A DNA stretch of 64,000 nucleotides from the human T2T-CHM13v2.0 reference genome, Homo sapiens (GCF_009914755.1 NC_060930.1), one strand, 5' to 3'. Counted from the stretch's first letter, positions 14,161 through 28,816 are shown. Notes: generated by a model from the letters alone, not told the origin. Program-made: numbers and translations.

Positions 14161-15099
14161 ACTCAGTGGACGCATGTAAAGATAGAGCAAGGTAGCAGGG
14201 TGAGATTTACTGAAATGATGGAGACGAATATGTGCAGAGGTGAAAAGCCACTCATGGAGTGACAAAGATTGTGCTGGGCCCCAAAGCAAACAGCAAGGAG
14301 ACTGGCACAGCAGAGAGGAGCAGAAACATGCCAGGTGGGCAGCAGTCTCTGCAGATACCCTGGAGAAGTGAGACAGAATATGTGTGCCTGAACAAGGAGC
14401 CAGCCAGCTTGAATTAAGCAGAGAGAACAATCAGGCTATGATGAAAGTGGAGGACACTTAGATAACGAGTGACTCATATCAGTTTTGATTTGACGTAAGC
14501 AGAAACTCAGAGATCCTGCAGGGTTCAGAGAGGGAGAGAGATGATCAAAACAGTGCTTACAGAGGATGACTCATACCCTTTGTGTAGAACTGAATGAAGG
14601 GACAGGACTAAGATATGTGAAACCAGCTAAGTGGCTATAGCCATCAAGTTGCAGTGCAATTGGGAATCAAAATGTGTGCTCTGTTTTATTTGGATACATC
14701 CTGCCTAGTGTCATGAGTTTGACGCACCGGGTAGAAACATGATAATAGTTGTAGACTAGAGGAAGAGCAGGGGTCTAATGAAAGAATCAGTTAGATTTGG
14801 ACTGACTTTCATAGAGGAAGAGGGAAGTGAATTAATGAAGATATTAATTTGTACACCCAAAAGTCTGCATGTTGCGGAACTACATGAAGAATTACAAACT
14901 CAGAGAAGTCTGAGAGTGGGAGAAAATAATGAATTTTGTTCTTAGCATGAAGTCACAGTATGACATTTAAGGAAGCTTATCCTCTGTTCCATGAGAATTA
15001 CAGGACATTAAAAGGGCTGAGAATAAGAAAACTTCAGTTACCCAATGACTACAACCTCTGAAACGTGAAGAGATACCCACAGCTATGGGGTGCCAGAGG

Positions 15100-15720
15100 G
15101 GATAGGAATGAATCTCCTAACTGGTCTCCCTACTCCTAATCTCCTGCCTTTCCATTTCATATTCATCTAGCAGGCAAAGTGCTCTTTTGTCATTCAGATA
15201 TTAACTATGTCTGTCTCATGCCTAAAATCTTTAAGCAATTCCTTACAACATTTTGGATGAAGGGCCGGTAGATTCACTAGTACAAAAGGTCTTTGAGAAT
15301 GTATCTCCTGTACTTCTCTTCTTCGTCTCTCTCGATGGGCAACTTGTACTTTTCACTCCAGTCACACCAGTAATTTTTTTATTTCCCTGAATGAGACATG
15401 TTCTTTTATGCCCTTCTACCTTTGTAAGTGGTGTTCCTTCTAGCTGTCCTATCTTTATCTGCCTTTTGTTGCCTGGTGACTTTTATACTGTCTTCAAAAC
15501 TTCAATCATCATCCCCTCTACAAAGTCTTCCCTGGATTCCCTCTGCATCTGCCTTATGTGATCCAACAGCTTACTCTAGCCTGTCCCCAGCAGAGAACCC
15601 AAATTTGTGTGCTTGATTTTTTTTTCATTCTAACTAAAATATTATCTTCTTGTAGGCAAGGGTGGAATCTGGCACACTTCTATTTTCTATGCTTAGTACA
15701 ATGCCTGACACATTGTGGAA
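15100..15720 (+). mobile_element. L2 fragment
   Basis: CTCCTAACTGGTCTCCCT...CTTAGTACAATGCCTGACACATTGT, typical of the L2 3' region. Confidence 0.55.
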
Positions 15721-15734
15721 ACTGATATACTCTT

Positions 15735-15842
15735 TGAAGAAGGAAAGAAGGAAGGGAAAGAGAAAGGAACGGAAAGTAAAGAAGTTGAAAGGAAGAGAGC
15801 AAGAGATGAAGGAATGAAACAAGGTAGAGAGAATGGAAGGGA
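15735..15842. repeat. GA-rich low-complexity purine tract
   Basis: GAAG/GGAA-type runs. Confidence 0.7.
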
Positions 15843-16733
15843 TAGCTTCCTCTCCCTCCAAAAAACAGTTCTTCCAAAATACTGGGAAAAACGAAGGAGA
15901 GAGATAACAAACCCAAGCCAACTGGTATAACCCAAATTGAAGAAGATTTAGTGAATTAAATCAGTTGGGCATCTCACAAACAGCATAAAATATTTTTTGT
16001 AATTCCTCATCATTTCAATAATTACGTGTGGAGCCCTGCATTGATGCCAGGTATTGTGCTGGTGAAGGGAGGTGGTACAAAAAAGGACACATTGAGACAC
16101 ATTGAGACACATCGAGGACACATTGAGACAAACATTGCATCAATGCCTGACCAAGACACAATGCATTACAGAGGAGAGAGCAGCCAAACATACATTAGGA
16201 GTGCAGTTTATGGAAGTTTCCTAAAGGATGTGACTCAAAAATGAGTAGGAATGTGCTAGGTGTGAAAAGAGGGATAGATCATTCCAGAGAAAGAACCAAG
16301 TATCTTTGGGCAATAGCAGACAGTTTTGAATGACTGAACTCAACCAAATACTTTTTATTGTTATTTTTCATGGTTTGGCAGTAGAAAGAGATTAACAGAT
16401 TAAGATTAATTTTACCTCCTTCCTCACATATCCTCAGACATGTCAGTTCTGCCACCTTCTCCACCTTTTGCAATGACACCTGCTGCCCTACTCTATGTTT
16501 TCCCCACATTGTGGTCATCCATTGGGTTGAGCAATTCTACCTCTTAATTATTCCTGATTCTCCTCACTGCAGTAAAGGCCTTGCACTTAATTATTCTTCT
16601 ACCTCTTGAAGACAGTTCATAACTACTATGAACTTAATTACTTAATTACTCTGCTACCTCTAGAAGACAGTTCAATCTACTCCTATTGGAACATGTATGA
16701 GAAATGTGGCAGTAGTCTCACTATTCTTTAAAC

Positions 16734-16973
16734 CAAGCTTGTCCAACCCACAGCCAGTGGGCTGCATGTGGCCCAGAATGCCTTTGAATGTGACCCAACA
16801 CAAATTTGTAAACATTCTTCATTTTTTTCCCACAATGTCTTTTTGCAATCTTTTTTTTTTTTTTTTTTTTTTTGGCTTATCAGCTATCGTTAGTGTTAGT
16901 GTATTTTATGTGTGGCCCAAGACAATTGTTCTTCCAATGTGGGTGAGGGAAGCCAAAAGATTGGACACCACTG
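16734..16973. mobile_element. MER30 (hAT-Charlie MITE)
   Basis: Termini CAAGCTTGTCCAA...TTGGACACCACTG, perfect 8-bp TSD CTTTAAAC (16726-16733, 16974-16981) and an internal poly-T expansion. Confidence 0.88.
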
Positions 16974-17829
16974 CTTTAAACCCTTCTTGTACACTGAACC
17001 TGAGGAGCATTCTGGTAAATGTTTTTTTCTGTTATGTTGTTACATAATTCATCATAATTTCTCATCGGTACTAAAGGACTCTTCTGATCATTCTAAAAAG
17101 AAAAATGCATGCCAATTTAACTGCTGGGACAACCTGGTCAGATGCTATTAATATTTTTCTACCTTTTACCATCTAAATGGGATGTTTGGAAAGGGAGAAA
17201 ATAATGCTGTGGCACATCCCTAGAAATGTTACCTCTTATGACCCTGAGCTTCTCTTGGGCACACTGAGTCTTGGGCAGGTCAATGGTCAGAAACAGCCTC
17301 TGGCTGCTCATGTTGGAAGGCCCTAGAGACCATTTTGTGGGGGACTGCATGGACCTAACATTGGCTGAGCAACTAAAATGCACCAAGCTCTGTGCCCAAT
17401 ATCCTTATTATTATACTTATTCCCGTAGCAGATACAAACGGTTTTATCTCTTTAGAAAAGTGGCCCTCCAACTAGTCACATATTCTTACACCGTTCACAT
17501 TTTTCATCTTGTCTCTCTCAGATTAGTCATATAATTATGAGCTGCTTATGTGGCAACACAAAATTGCCAATTGTTACTCCTACCTTAAAGTAGCATTTTA
17601 GTCTCTTCTTTTCAGAAGCCATTTATTCAGACATACTAACTTTGTGCTTGAGAATAATTGCTTTAGCAATCTAACTACTCCTGTTTACTTCTTTGCCCTT
17701 TTCTTTTATTATGGAAGATGTGTATGAAGAAAAAAAAGAAGTGGTAGATTACAACATTTCTATTTACTAGAGTGATTTTTTTCATCTGACAATTCCAGAA
17801 GCCTTTCTTTAATAACAATGAGGGTTTGA

Positions 17830-18060
17830 CACACATGGTGCTGCAAGTTAAATGCTCACACATGGACATGCTTATTTCATTCTCATAACAACCTTGTAAG
17901 TTTGGTGCTGTTAATACCTTCATAACACAGATGAGAAAATCCAAGCTTCATATAGGCAAAGTGATTTGTCCCCAAATCACAAAATTAACCAATGAATGGT
18001 GTCAAGATTTGAACCTGGAAAGTCTGTCTCCAATCTTTGTAAGTAGCACATTGTACTGTC
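17830..18060 (-). mobile_element. MIR
   Basis: Core-like CAGATGAGAAAAT...AAAGTGATTTGTCCCAAATCACA...GATTTGAACCTGG. Confidence 0.65.
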
Positions 18061-20300
18061 TTCCTCTCGTTACCATATATTTCCTATTCTGTTTCTCACT
18101 AAAACACTTACTACCTAGCACACAATGTGGCCACAAACAGCACAGGAGACTGCTACTAGGACAGAAAGACTTGAATTATTAAGTCATTCAGAGTCACTTG
18201 AAGTCACAGCCCAGCTATACAGCCTCCCTATTACCCACTGTGTAGAGATCATGCTCTGTAGCCAAAGCATAAGTAAATCTGCCTCATGGGGCCCTTTTGG
18301 TCCTTTGGCAACCAAATCCCCTTCTAGGTCCAAGAAAGGCAGGATGTACACATATCTCTGTCCCTCTTAGATTTGATGCTCTCTTTTCATTGCACACTCT
18401 GGACTAGCCCTGTTCATGACTGGGTTTTTAGGTGCTTTTTCCTGGCTTGATTAAAGCGTGCTTCTGGCTTAATTCCAGGGCTGCATTCTGAGATTCTGCT
18501 TTGCCCTCATATTTTACACTAGATCTGTAGCTTTTCTCATAGCAGCCATTGCAGCAGGGATTGTTCTGAATAACACTTCCAGATTAGGTCTGTAGCTCAT
18601 TTGTCTGTAAGATTGGTTCCATTTCTAAACATCTGTAAGACCATAACAGACAATAATCTAAGCTGATATGGTTATATTTTGATATCATAGTGGAGCTAAC
18701 CAAGAATTTTTATTATCCTACACTAATGCTATTTTATCCTTAATAATTTTTCAATATTAAAAGTTAAAAATAACATTTTAACACCTCAACTTCAGACAAA
18801 TATGAGAATAGGTTCAAAAATATTAGATTGTAATAATACATGGTTTAGATTGCAGTAATACAAATTATAATTAGGGTAAAATTGGCTACTATTGGTACAA
18901 CAAGCAACAAGATAATTTATTATGTATATGTAATATTAATAACCCAAATTCAAAATATTAGTTTTTCTGATCTGTACATTTGTCTAGTTTTTAACACCAA
19001 AACTTCCACATTCCACTCTCTAGGCAGTGAATTACAGGGTCGAATAGTTATTCCATCTCTACGAAAAATCCCCTAAACCTTAGGAAACTCAAAATTCCTA
19101 GCATGTTTCATTTGTTGGAGGAAGTTTTCATTCATAGATTGCTTTACTGTGGCAAGGCTCCATGAAGGAAAATACACTGTATTTCATAATTGGGAATGCA
19201 AGTTAACTCCATCCTCTCTAAGTGTTCACTGTATGAGTGTGGCCTTGTCTGCTCCCAGTGATTTAGGCTCCCATCCAGCCATCTATAGACAATGGATTCT
19301 AAATGAACTCCATTAATAACCAACCCTTAATAGTAGCTACCATCCTAATTATCAGTTAACACCTTAAAGGAATACCATAGGAGAACTCCTGTAAAGCTTG
19401 TTTACAACTCCTATGACTCCAAAAGAAGGAGCTGCCATTATCAAAAGCAGCAGAAAATCAAAGACTAATTCACCTACTTTATAAACTTGCCTGTGGCTTC
19501 CCTATCTGTGGAGCTCCATGTCATCTCCAGCATGAATGACTTACATTTCCAACCACCTGACTTTACATAAAGAAGCAGAGAATGGCATCAGACTTATGCC
19601 ATCTGGTATTATTGTTCCTTTTTTTGTGAAGACTAAGAATAAAATTAAAATGTAGGGAGGAAAACAATAAAAATCGTAGTTGGGGGAAAATGAAAAACAC
19701 ATTTTGATGTTTATTCCACTGGTCTCACGAGGCTAACTTTGTAACAAACAAAGGGATGCAGTAGATTAAACACTAGCATTAAAATAAAGAAATAGAGAAA
19801 GGAATCAAGTATTTAGACATGGAAATATACAGATCTTCAACTTTAGTTTGTACAGCTGTTTGCTTTTAAAGCATAGAACTGTTCACTAAAATAAAGTTAT
19901 GAACCAAAATTGCCTTAGAAACCCATGAAATTCTTCTTTTAAAATGGCTCCGTTTTCTTAGTCAAGGCTAAAATTATTCTGATCACAACTGTTTGTCTTG
20001 GATAATATTGGTTCAGTTGGATTATCTAATTATTTTTGCCATCTCACAGAATTTATTTTGTAATTTTATCACAATTTAGAAGAATTTTTTAATGCCCATA
20101 GTATTGCTTATAAAGATAAAGGTCAAGAACATTTTTACAATTGCTCAAAACAAAGATTATCTTTTCTTGGAAAGAGCTATGGATTCTAATCCTGGCAAAT
20201 CTACAGAAAATTTCTGGTAATCCAAGAGGATCCTTTGACCTTTCCCTATCTTCCTAAAATGTTGTTAATAAACAAAGAAGACAGGTTGGCACTTGACCTT

Positions 20301-20663
20301 CCTATGGTCTGAATGTGTGTGTTCCCTCAAAATTCATATGTTGAAATCCTAATTCCCAAGGTGATGGAATTAGAAGGTGGGGCCTTTGGGGGTGATTAAA
20401 TCATGAGGGCAGAGCCCTCAAGAGTGGGATTACTGCCCTTATAAAAGAGGCTCGAAGGAGCTTGTTCTCCTCTTTGGTCATGTGAGGATACAATGATAAG
20501 ATGTCTTGTTTGAAGCAGAAAGTGAAGTCTCACCAAACACCAATTTTGCCTGTGCCTTGATCTTGGACTTCCCAGGCTCCAGAGCTATAAAAAATAAATG
20601 TCTGTTGTTTATAAGCCACCAAGTTTATGGTATTTTGTTATAACAGCTGAAATGGACTAAAAC
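20301..20663 (+). mobile_element. MaLR solo LTR (MLT1A0-like)
   Basis: CTATGGTCTGAATGTGTGTGTTCCCTCAAAATTCATATGTTGAAATCCTAA...AATAAATGTCTGTTGTTTATAAGCCACC...GGACTAA. Confidence 0.8.
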
Positions 20664-21172
20664 CTATGAAAGAACAAATAACACATTTAAAAGAATAAAA
20701 CCTGAACAACACAGTACTCAATTAAGTTCCATGGGGTTTTGTAGAACCTGATAGAAATTTAAAGAGAGGGCTTCAGAAAGAAGGTAAAAATGACATTTCT
20801 CTGCACACTTCTAAACAATTATTTGTTTACTTATCATTTATTTATAATGAAGAAGAAGGATAATACCTTCTTCTCAACAGTTTTAGAGAACAAAATAAAA
20901 CACCTTGTGAGGCTGGGTTGACAAAGTCTCAGATTAGGGCAAAAAAAAACAGTGTCAAAGTAGTTAATTGCATTCCTTGCTGATTTTAAAGAGAATCAGA
21001 GTGGTTTATGAAGGCCCTTTAGGAAGTGAAAGTAAAACTCTTCATTTGATTTAACACTGGTGTATATATATATGTGTGTGTGTGTACATATATATATATA
21101 TAAAACTTTTGCAAAGATTGGCCCAAATCAAAAAGTTATTTGAAAACAAGGACTTAAAAAAAAAAAAGTGGA

Positions 21173-21479
<307 letters not shown>

Positions 21480-22749
21480 TTATTGTTGTTTTTATCATTG
21501 ACCACAGACCTCTGGGGGGTGGAACAGAAGAATATTCTGCATTAAAATCTTATTAGTGATTTATAAGGCTCATCCTTGTGAAGAAAGTACATACATCCAA
21601 TCTACATTAGGGGCTCTTTAATTAGTAATAATTTTTGAATTTCCTTGCAAGTTTTTAAAAGGTTCAATTAGTTACTTGAAAAAAGACTAAATATAGCATT
21701 TCATGGATCTAGAACCTAAAATAAAGGGAGGTGGAAGGTAAGATACTCATTTTTATGATAATCCAAGAAGAAATGTATACTATCAACATAGTTTGTTAAT
21801 AAAGATATCCTAAATGTATGAAACTATGGAAAAGAGGAAGGTCACAGGTTGAATATATATTTTGTTATTTGAAAAAAAAAAGTCAACAAATGCTATTCAA
21901 GCATGAGATTAGTTTGTGGATTACAGTTTGCAATTGAGTAATTAAGTAAATAAAATAAGGTATTGATAATTGTGAGTAAAATTAAACGATATCATATTGA
22001 TAATAGTATTGAGATTAATACATTAAATTCTTCTCAATCTTGCTATAGCTAAAAAGCAAACATATTTTTCTATTAAAAGGAACATGACAACACTTTAAGT
22101 ATTTTGCACAGCCTTAATGTGAGCAGAGGCCAAAGAAAACATAAATTGAGGGAATTGCCAACACCGAAGTTTCAAATCCTATTAAAAAGAAAACAATGGT
22201 GTTGAAAATTTCATGGCTTGAGACACAATGATGCATCCAATTGCTTTATTTCATAATGTGTAATTAAATTGGAATTACCAAGATATATTTTGGCTTCCAA
22301 ATAATCTGATAAATACTAAAGACCTTGAAATGTCAATCATTTCAAGTAAAATTAGTTATGTAGAAGTTATTTCCAGAAAAAAGACAACATTCATGCGATT
22401 GTATTTCTTACACTCAACCTACTTCGGAAAAGCTGCCTTAAATGGCAACAGTCCCTTCAACCTGATTGCCTTTCACTTATAAAACAAAGCACATATGCAA
22501 TCATTTGATTGTTTGGGCTTTTAAACTAGGCCTTGAGTCCTTTGGAATATGATAGCTTTATGGGAAATTCAGTTAAAGTAATTCCTTCAATCTCCAAACA
22601 CTCACCAGATAAACCACATTCCCTCCCTTCACTTCCTTTCTGTGCAGCTCCACAAATTTTGTTCTGATGGCATTGAATGTTACAGATTTTAGCAGCTTGA
22701 CAAGAAAGAATCATTTGTCATCTATTTTCTTCACTTTGTTCATCTACAA

Positions 22750-22925
22750 CAATGATTATCAACCTTGGCTGATCATTAGAATCACCTGGGGAGCTTTTTA
22801 AAAAGTTTCCCTTTCTCAAAAGATTGTGATTTAAAAGGTCTGAATGTGAGCCCAAACCTCAGTGTGTTTTTTTTTTTAACTTTCCAGGTAATTTTAATGT
22901 ATAAACAAAATTGAGAAATACTTGT
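22750..22925. mobile_element. MER5B-like hAT MITE
   Basis: TCAACCTTGGCTG...TTAGAATCACCTGGGGAGCTTTTTAAAA...CCAGGTAATTTTAATGT...TTGAGAA. Confidence 0.6.
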
Positions 22926-23059
22926 TTACAAAGAGCTAGAATGTAAAGCTGAAGTAGGACTAGAAGTGTGGCTGGGAGTGGCTTCCTGACAACTAATCAG
23001 GAAACTGAGAGTCCCCTTGGCGAGCCAATCATGCTTGCCTGAACGTAATAGATTGTAAG

Positions 23060-26000
23060 ATGGATCTCCAACTTGAATATGCACAGGAATCACTGGGCCA
23101 TCTTATTAAAATATAGATTCTGATTCAGTGGGTCTGCACTGGGCCTGAGATTCTTTATCACAAACTATTTCTAAAATTTCATTTCAAAAGTTTTTGGGGA
23201 ACAGGTGGTTTTTGGTTACATAGATAAGTTCATTAGTGGTGATATCTGAGATTTAGGTGCACATGTCACCTGAGCAGTGTACACTGTAACCAATGTGTAC
23301 CCTTTTATCTCTCATCCCCTCATTCCACCCTGCCCTGCAAGTCCCCAAAGTCCATTATATCATTCTTATGATTTGCATCCTCATTAACTGAGCTCCCATT
23401 TATAAGTAAGAGTATACAGTATTTGGTTTTTAATTCCTAAGTTACTTCACTTAGAATAATAGTCTTCAACTCCATGCACGGTGTTGCAAATGCTGTGATT
23501 TCATTCCTTTTTATGGTTGAGTAGTATTCCATGGTATACATATATTATATATATATCACAAATTCCTTATTCACTCATCGGTTGATAGGCATTTAGGTTG
23601 ATTCTATAATTTTTTAATTGTGAACTGTGCTGCTACAAACATGAGTGTGCAAGTGTCTTTCTTGTATAACTTTTTTTCCTTTAGGTAGTTACCCAGTAGT
23701 GGGATTGCTGATCAAATGGTAGTTCTTTTAGTTCTTTAAGGAATCTCCACACTGTTATCCATAGTGGTTATACTAGTTTACATTCCCACCAGCTGTATAA
23801 AAGTGTTTCCGTTTCACTACATCCATGCCAATATCTTTTTTAAAAGAATTTTTTAATTGTGGCCATTCTTGTAGGAATAAGCTGGTATTGCATTGTGGCT
23901 TTAATTTGCATTTCCCTGATAATTAGTGATGTTAGGCATTTTTTTTCATACGTTTGTTGGCCATTTGTACATCTTTTAAGAGCTGTCTATTCACATCCTT
24001 TGCCCACTTTTTGATGGAATTATTTGTTTTCTTTTTTGCTGATTTGTTTGAGTTCCTTGTAGATTCTGGATATTAGTCCTTTTTCAGATGCATACTTTGT
24101 GAATATTTACTCCCAATCTGTGGGTTGTCTGTTTACTTTGATGATTATTTCTTTTGCTGTGCTTAAGCTTTTTAGTTTCATTAGGTCCATCTCTTCATCA
24201 TTGTTTTTGTTGCATTTGCTTCTAGTTTCTTGGTTACGAATTATTTGCCTAAGATAATGATTAGAAGAGGTTTTCCAATGTTATCTTCTACAGTTTGGAT
24301 GGTTTCAGGTCATAGATTTAAGTCTTTGATCCACCTTGAGTTGATTTTTGTACAAGGTGAGAGATGCAAATCCAGTTTCATTCTTCTACATGTAGCTTGT
24401 CAATTATTAAAACACCATTTGTTGAATAGGGTGTCCTTTCCTCACTTTATATTTTTGTATGCTTTGTGAAAGATCAGTTGGCTATAAGTATTTGGCTCTA
24501 TATATGGTTTCTCTATTCTGTTCCATTGGATTACATGCTTATTTTTATTTCAGTACCATGCTGTTTTGGTAACTATAGCCTTGTAGTATAGTTTGAAGTC
24601 ATGTAATGTGATGCCTCCATATTTGTTCTTTTTGCTTAGTATTGCTTTGGCTATGTAGGCTCTATTTTGGTTCTGTATGAATTTTTTTATTTTTTTTCTG
24701 TTTTTGCGAAGAATGATGATGGTATTTTGGTGAGGACTGCATTGAATCTGTATATTGCTTTTGGCAGTATGGTCATTTTCACAATATTGATTCTACCCAT
24801 CCATGAACATGGGATGGGATACAGCAAAAGTGGTGCTAAGAGGAAAGTTCATAGCTTTAAATGCCTACATCAAAAAGTCTGAAAGAGCACAAATAGACAT
24901 CTTAGGTCACACCTCAAGGAACTGGAGAAACAAGAACAAACCAAACCCAAACCCAGCAGAAAAGAAGAAATAACAAAGATCAGAGCAGAACTAAATGAAA
25001 TGGAAACAAACAAAAAAAAAGATAAATGAAACAAAAAGTGCGTTGTTTGAAAAGATAAAGAAGATTGATAGACCATTAGTGAGATTAACCAAGAAAAGAA
25101 GAGAGAAGATCCAAATAAACTCAATTAAAAATGAAACAAGAGATATTATAACCAATACCACAGAAATACAAAAGATCATTCAAGGCTACTATGAACATCT
25201 TTATACACACAAACTAGAAAATCTAGAGGAGTTGGATAAATTTTTGGTAATATATAACCTTATAGATTAAATCAGGAAAAATTGGAAACTCTTTACTGGC
25301 TAATAACAAGTAGCAAGATTGAAATAATAATAAAAAAATTGCCAACAAAAAAAGTCCAGGACCAGATGGATTCACAGCTGAATTCTATCAGACATTTAAA
25401 GAAGAATTGGTATACTTCCTACTGAAATTATTCCAAAAGATAGAGAAAGGAAATCCTCTCTAAATCATTCTATGAAGCCAGTATCACCCTAATACCAAAA
25501 CCAGGAAAGGACATAACAAAAAAAGAAAACTACAGACCAATATCCCTGATGACCATAGATACAAAAATCCTCAACAAAGTACTAGCTAACCAAATCCAAC
25601 AGCATATCCAAAAGATAATACATCATTATCAAGTGAGTTTCATACCAGGAATATAGGGATGGTTTAACATACACAAATTAATAAATGTGATACATCATAT
25701 AAACAGAATTAAAAACAAAAATTGCATGATCATCTCAACAGATGCAGAAAAAGCATTTCATAAAATCCAGCACCCATTTACGATAACCCTCAGAAAAATT
25801 GGCATAGAAGGGACATACCTCAAAGTAATAAAAGCCATCTAAGACAAACCCAGAGCCAACATCAAACTGAACTGGAAAAAGGTGAAAGCATTCCCCCTGA
25901 TAATTGGAACAAGCCAAGGATGTCCACTTTCACCACTTCTATTCAACACAGTACTAGAAGTCCTAGCCAGAGCAATCAGAGAGAAGCAAAAAATACAGGG

Positions 26001-26392
26001 CATGCAAATCAGAAAGGAGAAAGTTAAACTGTTGCTTCTAGCCAATATGATCATATACCTAGAAAACCCTAAAGACTCATCCAGGAAGCTCCCAGATCTG
26101 ATAAATGAATTCAGTAAAGTTTCAGCATACAAAATAGTGTACACAAATTAGTAGCACTGTTATATACCAACAATGACCGAGCTGAGAATCAAATTAAGAA
26201 TTCAATCCCTTTTACAAAAGCTACAAAAAAATAAAATAAAATACTTAGGAATATATTTAGCCAAGGAGGTGAAAAATCTCTGCAAGTAAAACTATAAAAC
26301 ACTGGTGAAAGAAATCATAGAGTCCATATTCCTTACTGGCTTCCAAGGAATGCTGTAGCTATTTTCTACAGACCATACTTTCAGTAGCAAAT
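23060..26392. mobile_element. MER5A1-like MITE split by the L1 insertion (halves at about 23060-23155 and 26320-26392)
   Basis: The left half ...GATTCTGATTCAGTGGGTCTG...GGGCCTGAGATTCT and the right half ...GACCATACTTTCAGTAGCAA are colinear in the MER5A1 consensus. Confidence 0.6.
23170..26321 (-). mobile_element. L1PB-like LINE-1, 5'-truncated with twin-priming inversion
   Basis: 3' UTR and ORF2 end lie on minus (23170-24817), then ORF2 middle on plus (24818-26321; e.g. 25882..26151 [25 protein letters not shown]). The 3' end resembles L1PB1/2. Confidence 0.9.
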
Positions 26393-28629
26393 ACATAAAT
26401 ATGGTCTCATGATTAAAATGTGGTCAGGTTTCTTTCAAAAGTTATATAAAAGGTAATACTGATATAGAGGTATTCAACACACAGTCATTTATAATAGTGA
26501 AAACCTAGAAATATTCTAAATGCCTAACAACAGAGCTAATTTGAAGGGATAATATTTGATATAACAGTATATTTTCAGAGTTTTAAATTTCATGGAAAAA
26601 TCACTAAAATATACAAAGAAAAACTATGTTATGAAATTATACACAAACTATACAGGAATACCCCAATTACATTAAGATGGATAAAAATAGACTAAATGTG
26701 ATGCAGAATGTTTACTGTGATTATGACAGATTTTGTGATTTTGAGCAAATTTAATTTCTTTATAGATTTTTGTATTTTTTATTTTATATATTTAATACTT
26801 TTGCCTTTATAATAAGATAAAATTTACTAAGCAAAATAATGTGTTGTATCTGATCACATATGCCTTTCTAATATTTGTGTCAGGGCACACTACAAGATTT
26901 AATCCCCATTAGTTTAAACTTGAAATTCCTTAGTTTATCAAAAAAAATTTTAATAAAGATTTATATGTGTATTTCCCACATCTTATGATGAATTTCATGT
27001 CCTCATTGCTCCTTATGTATATGCAGAGTAGTACCTTCTTTAATTTGTCCAAAAAGCAACATAGCTCTGTCTCTCTCTCTATATATATATATATATGTAT
27101 ACATATGTATATATAAAATACATATCACACACATATGTATATATAAAATCATGTATAATGATGAAGCTGTACTTATCCTAGAGATGCAGGTTGGTTTAGT
27201 ATTTTTAAAAACATAATAAAATGATGTGATTCTCCATGAGATAGGGTCTAACAAGTCAAATTCCCTAACACCATGACAAATTACTTGTAATTTTTAAGTA
27301 AAAGCCTTCACTCCTCCCCTCCACTAATCCGTGTTAAAATCGCCTCAAAATCCTTCTCCTTATCCACTAAGGATTCATTCAATAAAATAGAACACATGTT
27401 CCCTAGGAAATTAAACTTATAGAGAATAAACTGACAACGTCCACTTTGAGTCTTAAATCCATGTGAAAGTTGTACGCAAAAATATGTGAATGGATGAGTT
27501 GTCAGCTGGCTCATTAGAAAACGGATCTTTCTAAAGACATTTGGAATGGAACGAAGGATTTATCCTCTCAAGAGTGTGCTACCAGGTGTGGTAAAGATCT
27601 ATCCAAGGCAAAGAACAACTTTAATTAAGATAAATCCTTTCTAGAGCAGAAAACACTAGGGATCTCCCTGTTGGGATACCAAAAACTTCAACCAAACTTG
27701 TTTTTTTGTGTGTATTTGTCTGGAGAACTGCTTAGCTCAATCATACTCAGTCTTTTGACACCACCAAAGAATTTTAGTCTGATGCTTTTACTCTGATGCC
27801 CACAAGTACTCCATCCAATGCTGTGACAAACTAATACTCAATCCTGACTACGTATAAAAATTACCTGCTGAACTTTAAAAAAATATTTGATGTTTGGCAC
27901 TATTTAGAAAAACTGAATTAAGTCTCTGAACATGGATTCAGGACATAGTCATTTTTATAAATAGTGGCCAGAGAATTCAAACCTGTAGCGAGGGTTGAAT
28001 TTCACTGTAATAACCCACCAACTTGGCTCACCATTGCCTTGAACAAATTCGAGCACCTTAAGGTACTGACATTTTAATAATGATCAAAAATTTAAGCCAA
28101 GTTAATAGGATTTCAGGCACCAGTTATAGCCCAAAGAGAAAGAAGGGGAATAGAAGGAAGGGTAAAACATAATTTTGAAAAAAGTAGTAACTCCTGCCTA
28201 TAAACATAGGCAAAATACATGGTCCTCTTCTTATCTATTTATTATGGTGATTCTCTCTTATTTTAGAGTTCTAGAACTGTAAAATCCATTTGGTCCAAAC
28301 TCAATAAGTATATGACTTTCTATTCTATCTGAATTTTTCAGACAGACTGGGACTATGCTATGCTGACCAGAAAGTCTAAGACTACAGTTAGAGGGGTATA
28401 TGTTTGTGACATACATTGTCCCAAATTTCCAAGAAAAAGTATCAAGTTGACAGCATAAGCATTTTAATCCTGTCAGGTATTTTCCCCTGTTCTGTCAAAT
28501 CTAACCCAGATGCCCTACAACCTTCAATTTTCCACCCACAGACAATCATCTTTTTAGCTTGCCCTCTGGTGGCCACTATTTCCTTCCCAAAGCTACACTT
28601 TTTTTTCCCCTCCATTCAACTTCATTTCA

Positions 28630-28816
28630 CTAGAGGATTTACCAATAAAATTCAAGATTTCCAGTTAAATTTGATTTTCAGATAAAGAACAAATAATTTT
28701 GGACATACTTTCATTTAAACATTATTTATTGCTTATCTGATATTCAAATTTAATATGGGCATCTTGTTTTGTTTTTGTTTTTGTTTTGTGTTGTGCTGCT
28801 GAATCTGGCAATCATA
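28630..28816. mobile_element. MER53-like hAT MITE
   Basis: CCAGTTAAATTTGATTTTCAGATAAAGAACAAATAA...TTATCTGATATTCAAATTTAA...AATCTGGCAA, with inverted architecture. Confidence 0.6.

Noticed and set aside
13957-14430. 157-aa minus-strand ORF
   Set aside because: Non-ATG start, partly overlaps an L2 tail and has no recognisable domain.
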